Origin: a bacterium
GTDB lineage: Bacteria > UBA8248
NCBI GenBank assembly: GCA_965200245.1
Contig: CBDATS010000008.1
Location: forward strand, 192,001 to 256,000
DNA length: 64,000 nucleotides
Direction: 5' to 3'
Part shown: one piece after another, positions 61,081 through 64,000 of the stretch
Layout: each line of letters starts with the position of its first letter
Position numbering within the stretch: the first letter of the stretch is position 1
Notes under the pieces: model-generated
The model's input: the letters and a program-made list of their open reading frames with translations, nothing else
Databases searched by the model: none
What the model was told of the DNA's origin: nothing
Program-made: the position numbers and the translations under genes

Positions 61081-63147
61081 CTAGAGCGTGATGAACAGAC
61101 TGCCGCTTTCCGTGCGCTTGGCCTTGGCGCCGGGGTCGATGACCACCGTCGTGAACGGAGACTCGATGATGGCCGGTCCGCGCATCACCTCTCCCCGTTT
61201 CATGGAATCGAACGCCGCCACACGCGCGTTCACGAGTCCCTTGCTTGGGAAGTAGGCCTTTCGCCTTTTGGGGAGCGTTGTTTCGTGAATCGCCTCGCGG
61301 ACGAGTCTGCCGAAGTGGCCCTCCCTCAGCTTGCACCGCGCCACGGCGCGCCAGCCGACGAACTCGACTTCAGAAGAAGGATCACGGAAGGCAAAGACCT
61401 CCTCGTGCACGTCATCGAACGTCGCCCGAGTGCGTGCCACGTCTTTTTTCGAGCGAAAGCGTTTGATGGGAAGCCCCAGGTCGATTTCCCATATCTGGTG
61501 CTTGTAGCGTGCCTCAACGTAGAATTCCGTCGCGCTCTCCACCGCGCCCTTGCCGGGTCCGCGAATGAAAGCGCGGCAACGCTCGCCGAGCGATTTCAGT
61601 GTCGCGTTAGCGCCACTGAAGTCAAAACGGTCCGTCACGGTGAAGAACATCGAACGGTAATCGGCGTGCAGGTCGCTCATCATCGCACCCGCGGCGGAAA
61701 GCGCGGCGCCCACTTCAGGGATGACGAGGCCCTGGCAACCCAACCGCTTGGCGATGGCGACCGAGTTCAGGCCTGCCGCGCCGCCTCCGCCGATCAATAC
61801 CGCGCCTCTGGGGTCGATTCCCTGGTGGATGGTGATCTCCTCGATCGCACCAACCATGTTCTCCGTCGCGAGACGCAGGATGGCCGAAGCCGCCTCTTGA
61901 AGAGAAAGCCCGAGTGGATCGGCCACATTTTGGGAGATTGCCTTCTCGGCTTCGGCGGGGTTGAGCGTCATTGCCCCGCCGAGGAAATAATCGGGGTCGA
62001 TGTGGCCGAGGACCAAAGAGGCGTCCGTCAAGGTGGGCCGCGTTCCACCCCGGCCATAGCAGGCGGGTCCCGGTTCAGCACCCGCGCTCTGCGGCCCCAC
62101 GTGAAGGAGTCCGCCCTCATCCACCCAGGCGATGCTGCCACCGCCTGCGCCGATACTCTTCACGTCCACGGACGGGAATCCCAGTATGTGGCCCCGGTAA
62201 CGCTGGCCGAGCCAGGTTTCCGGCGTCATGGGTATCTCACCCCGGCGCACGAGGCTCACGTCGTAGGTGGTGCCGCCCGTATCAGCCACAATCGCCGTAG
62301 CCGCCTTGGCGTCGATCTGTGAGAAGTGCCTGCCCGCGATAGGCGCCATCGAAGGCCCCGAACCTACCGAGTGGATGGGTGCTTGGGCGAGTTCTCCTGC
62401 GTCCATCACGCCACCTTTGGAAGTAAGCATCAGGAGCCGACCGGAGAATCCCGCCACCTTGAGCCGTTCCTGAAGGCCGCCGATGTAGCGCGACATCAGG
62501 GGTTTCAGGGAGGCGTCGATGCAGGCGGAAGACGCCCGGCGGTACTCGCGAAGAATCGGGTTCAGAACGTGCGAGAGGGTGAAGGGCACGCCATTCAGGT
62601 GTTTTTCAAGCAGGCGCCCCACACCGATCTCATGCACCGGGTTCACGGTGGACCACAGCAGGGAGACGGCCACCGCCTCCACTTCCTTTTCTTTTAGCGC
62701 TTTGATGATTCCGAGAACTCCCGTTTCGTCGAGTGGTTCGTACACGCTGCCGTCAGCACCGATGCGTTCTGGCACCTCGTAGGTGAGCGCTCGCGGAATG
62801 TAGGGCTTGGGGAATGGCACCAAAAAGTTGAACGGCTCCATGCGCCCGCCCTCGCGCAGCACGAGAATGTCGGGGTGCCCTTTGGTAGTCAGAAAAGCGG
62901 TTCTGGCCGTGTTGCCCGTCACAATGGCGTTGGTGGCGTGGGTGGTGCCGTGGATGAAGAGTTCGCCCTGGGCGAGGAGTTTCTCGGTGCTCGTCGAGAG
63001 CGCCTCGGCCGCCGCCTCTATCGCTGCGAGAATACCCTCCACGGGATCCTGCGGCGTCGTGGGGGCCTTGAACATGTGGAGGCGGCCCCCCTTGTCCTCA
63101 AGTACCAAGTCGGTGAAGGTCCCGCCCGTATCGACTGCGAATCGCAT
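61081..63147 (-). CDS. hydantoinase A/5-oxoprolinase family protein
   Basis: DTGGTFTD, HGTTHATNA, SGPS, DTGGTTYD, SIGAGGGSIA and GPQSAGAEPGPACYGRGG. Confidence 0.95.
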   Translation of the reverse strand: MRFAVDTGGTFTDLVLEDKGGRLHMFKAPTTPQDPVEGILAAIEAAAEALSTSTEKLLAQGELFIHGTTHATNAIVTGNTARTAFLTTKGHPDILVLREGGRMEPFNFLVPFPKPYIPRALTYEVPERIGADGSVYEPLDETGVLGIIKALKEKEVEAVAVSLLWSTVNPVHEIGVGRLLEKHLNGVPFTLSHVLNPILREYRRASSACIDASLKPLMSRYIGGLQERLKVAGFSGRLLMLTSKGGVMDAGELAQAPIHSVGSGPSMAPIAGRHFSQIDAKAATAIVADTGGTTYDVSLVRRGEIPMTPETWLGQRYRGHILGFPSVDVKSIGAGGGSIAWVDEGGLLHVGPQSAGAEPGPACYGRGGTRPTLTDASLVLGHIDPDYFLGGAMTLNPAEAEKAISQNVADPLGLSLQEAASAILRLATENMVGAIEEITIHQGIDPRGAVLIGGGGAAGLNSVAIAKRLGCQGLVIPEVGAALSAAGAMMSDLHADYRSMFFTVTDRFDFSGANATLKSLGERCRAFIRGPGKGAVESATEFYVEARYKHQIWEIDLGLPIKRFRSKKDVARTRATFDDVHEEVFAFRDPSSEVEFVGWRAVARCKLREGHFGRLVREAIHETTLPKRRKAYFPSKGLVNARVAAFDSMKRGEVMRGPAIIESPFTTVVIDPGAKAKRTESGSLFITL

Positions 63148-63290
63148 TCCTCGCCTCCCGCCGTCAACCGCGCCATGGCCGGCGCGGTTGAGGTTTGTAA
63201 ATCGCTATCTGCGCAGAAATGATGAATTCACGCACAATATATCACTTTTCAGGTGGTGGGGCGAAAGGAGCTATGCCGAAAATGTGCGCA

Positions 63291-63974
63291 TCAAGCGTCG
63301 CGCACATGCGCGTAATAACGGGCGAGACGATCGGCGGAAACGCCCAGTGCAAAAAGGATACTCAGTCCCCACCAGATCGTGAGGCACTTGGGCTTGCCCC
63401 AGACGTCGATGCGCCGCCCGCTGGTGACGACCGGCGTCTTGATGACGGCCAACCGCCCGAAAGCCCTCATTCTCCGGCTCAGGTCCGAGTCCTCGAACAG
63501 GGGCATGTCGGCGTAGCCGCCCATGCGATCGAAAACGTCGTGCCGGATGAAGATGCACTGATCGCCTAAGAAGAGTTTTGCCATCTTTGCGCGCGTGTTG
63601 GCGCTGAAGCTGATAAAGCGGCTGAAGCGGTCTTCGCGATCAAAACTGTGGAGAAAGCCCCCGCCCGCCACGTCGCCCGCGTACATGATGTCCTCGATAT
63701 CCCGCAAGGCCCCCGGCGGCAGGAGAGTGTCGCAGTGAAGAAACAGGATTGTCTCCCCCTCCGCGTGTGCAGCACCGGCATTCATCTGGCGCGCGCGGCC
63801 GGGCTCGGATTCGACGATGAGAGCACGCCCTTCCGCCATGGCATGGGTATCGTCCGTGCTTCCCCCGTCTGCGAGGATGATCTGCTTGTCCCCCGGTTGG
63901 GCGTCGAGCATCTCGAACATACCCGGCAGGCGCGGTGCTTCGTTCAGAACTGGCGCGACGATGGAGATCATCAC
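63291..63974 (-). CDS. family 2 glycosyltransferase (TIGR04283-like)
   Basis: ISIVAPVLNEA, ADGGSTD, GRARQMNAGA, LFLHCDT, GDQCIF, LFED and TSGRR. Confidence 0.88.
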   Translation of the reverse strand: MMISIVAPVLNEAPRLPGMFEMLDAQPGDKQIILADGGSTDDTHAMAEGRALIVESEPGRARQMNAGAAHAEGETILFLHCDTLLPPGALRDIEDIMYAGDVAGGGFLHSFDREDRFSRFISFSANTRAKMAKLFLGDQCIFIRHDVFDRMGGYADMPLFEDSDLSRRMRAFGRLAVIKTPVVTSGRRIDVWGKPKCLTIWWGLSILFALGVSADRLARYYAHVRDA

Positions 63975-64000
63975 GGAATCCTTCTTCGGAACCGGTCGTT

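Overview
GC-rich bacterial chromosome segment. The core backbone is aminotransferase, tatA, moeA-moeA/PBP-moaA, an RND pump, rph-rdgB, three tRNAs, gatAB, diadenylate cyclase, degP, DMT transporters, csaA and hydantoinase A/B. Three accessory regions interrupt it. (1) A 958-bp transposase-less element (6493-7450) has perfect 30-bp terminal inverted repeats and an 8-bp target duplication. Its cargo is a nitrile-hydratase-leader (NHLP/proteusin-type) RiPP precursor with a hidden, frameshifted VQGG|LYDNPYYGS core. (2) A ~20-kb decaying island downstream of tRNA-Arg(TCG) carries an intact three-gene NHLP exporter, an intact class II terpene-cyclase-like gene, an amber-interrupted putative peptide prenyltransferase, a second decayed NHLP precursor, and a degenerate copy of the same inverted repeat. 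(3) A lower-GC cassette (~57.0-59.2 kb) encodes XRE-HTH, DUF4258-like and SeqA-like proteins. Two split ORF pairs are best read as single selenoproteins (AhpD-like CxxU; PrdB/GrdB-like UxxC). The most interesting candidate system is mobile, IR-bounded cassettes that shuttle NHLP precursors and maturases for a putative isoprenoid-modified RiPP pathway. All family calls come from motif recognition by eye; no searches were run. Gene remnants suggest a host-associated (possibly sponge-symbiont) lineage, but taxonomy cannot be established from this window.
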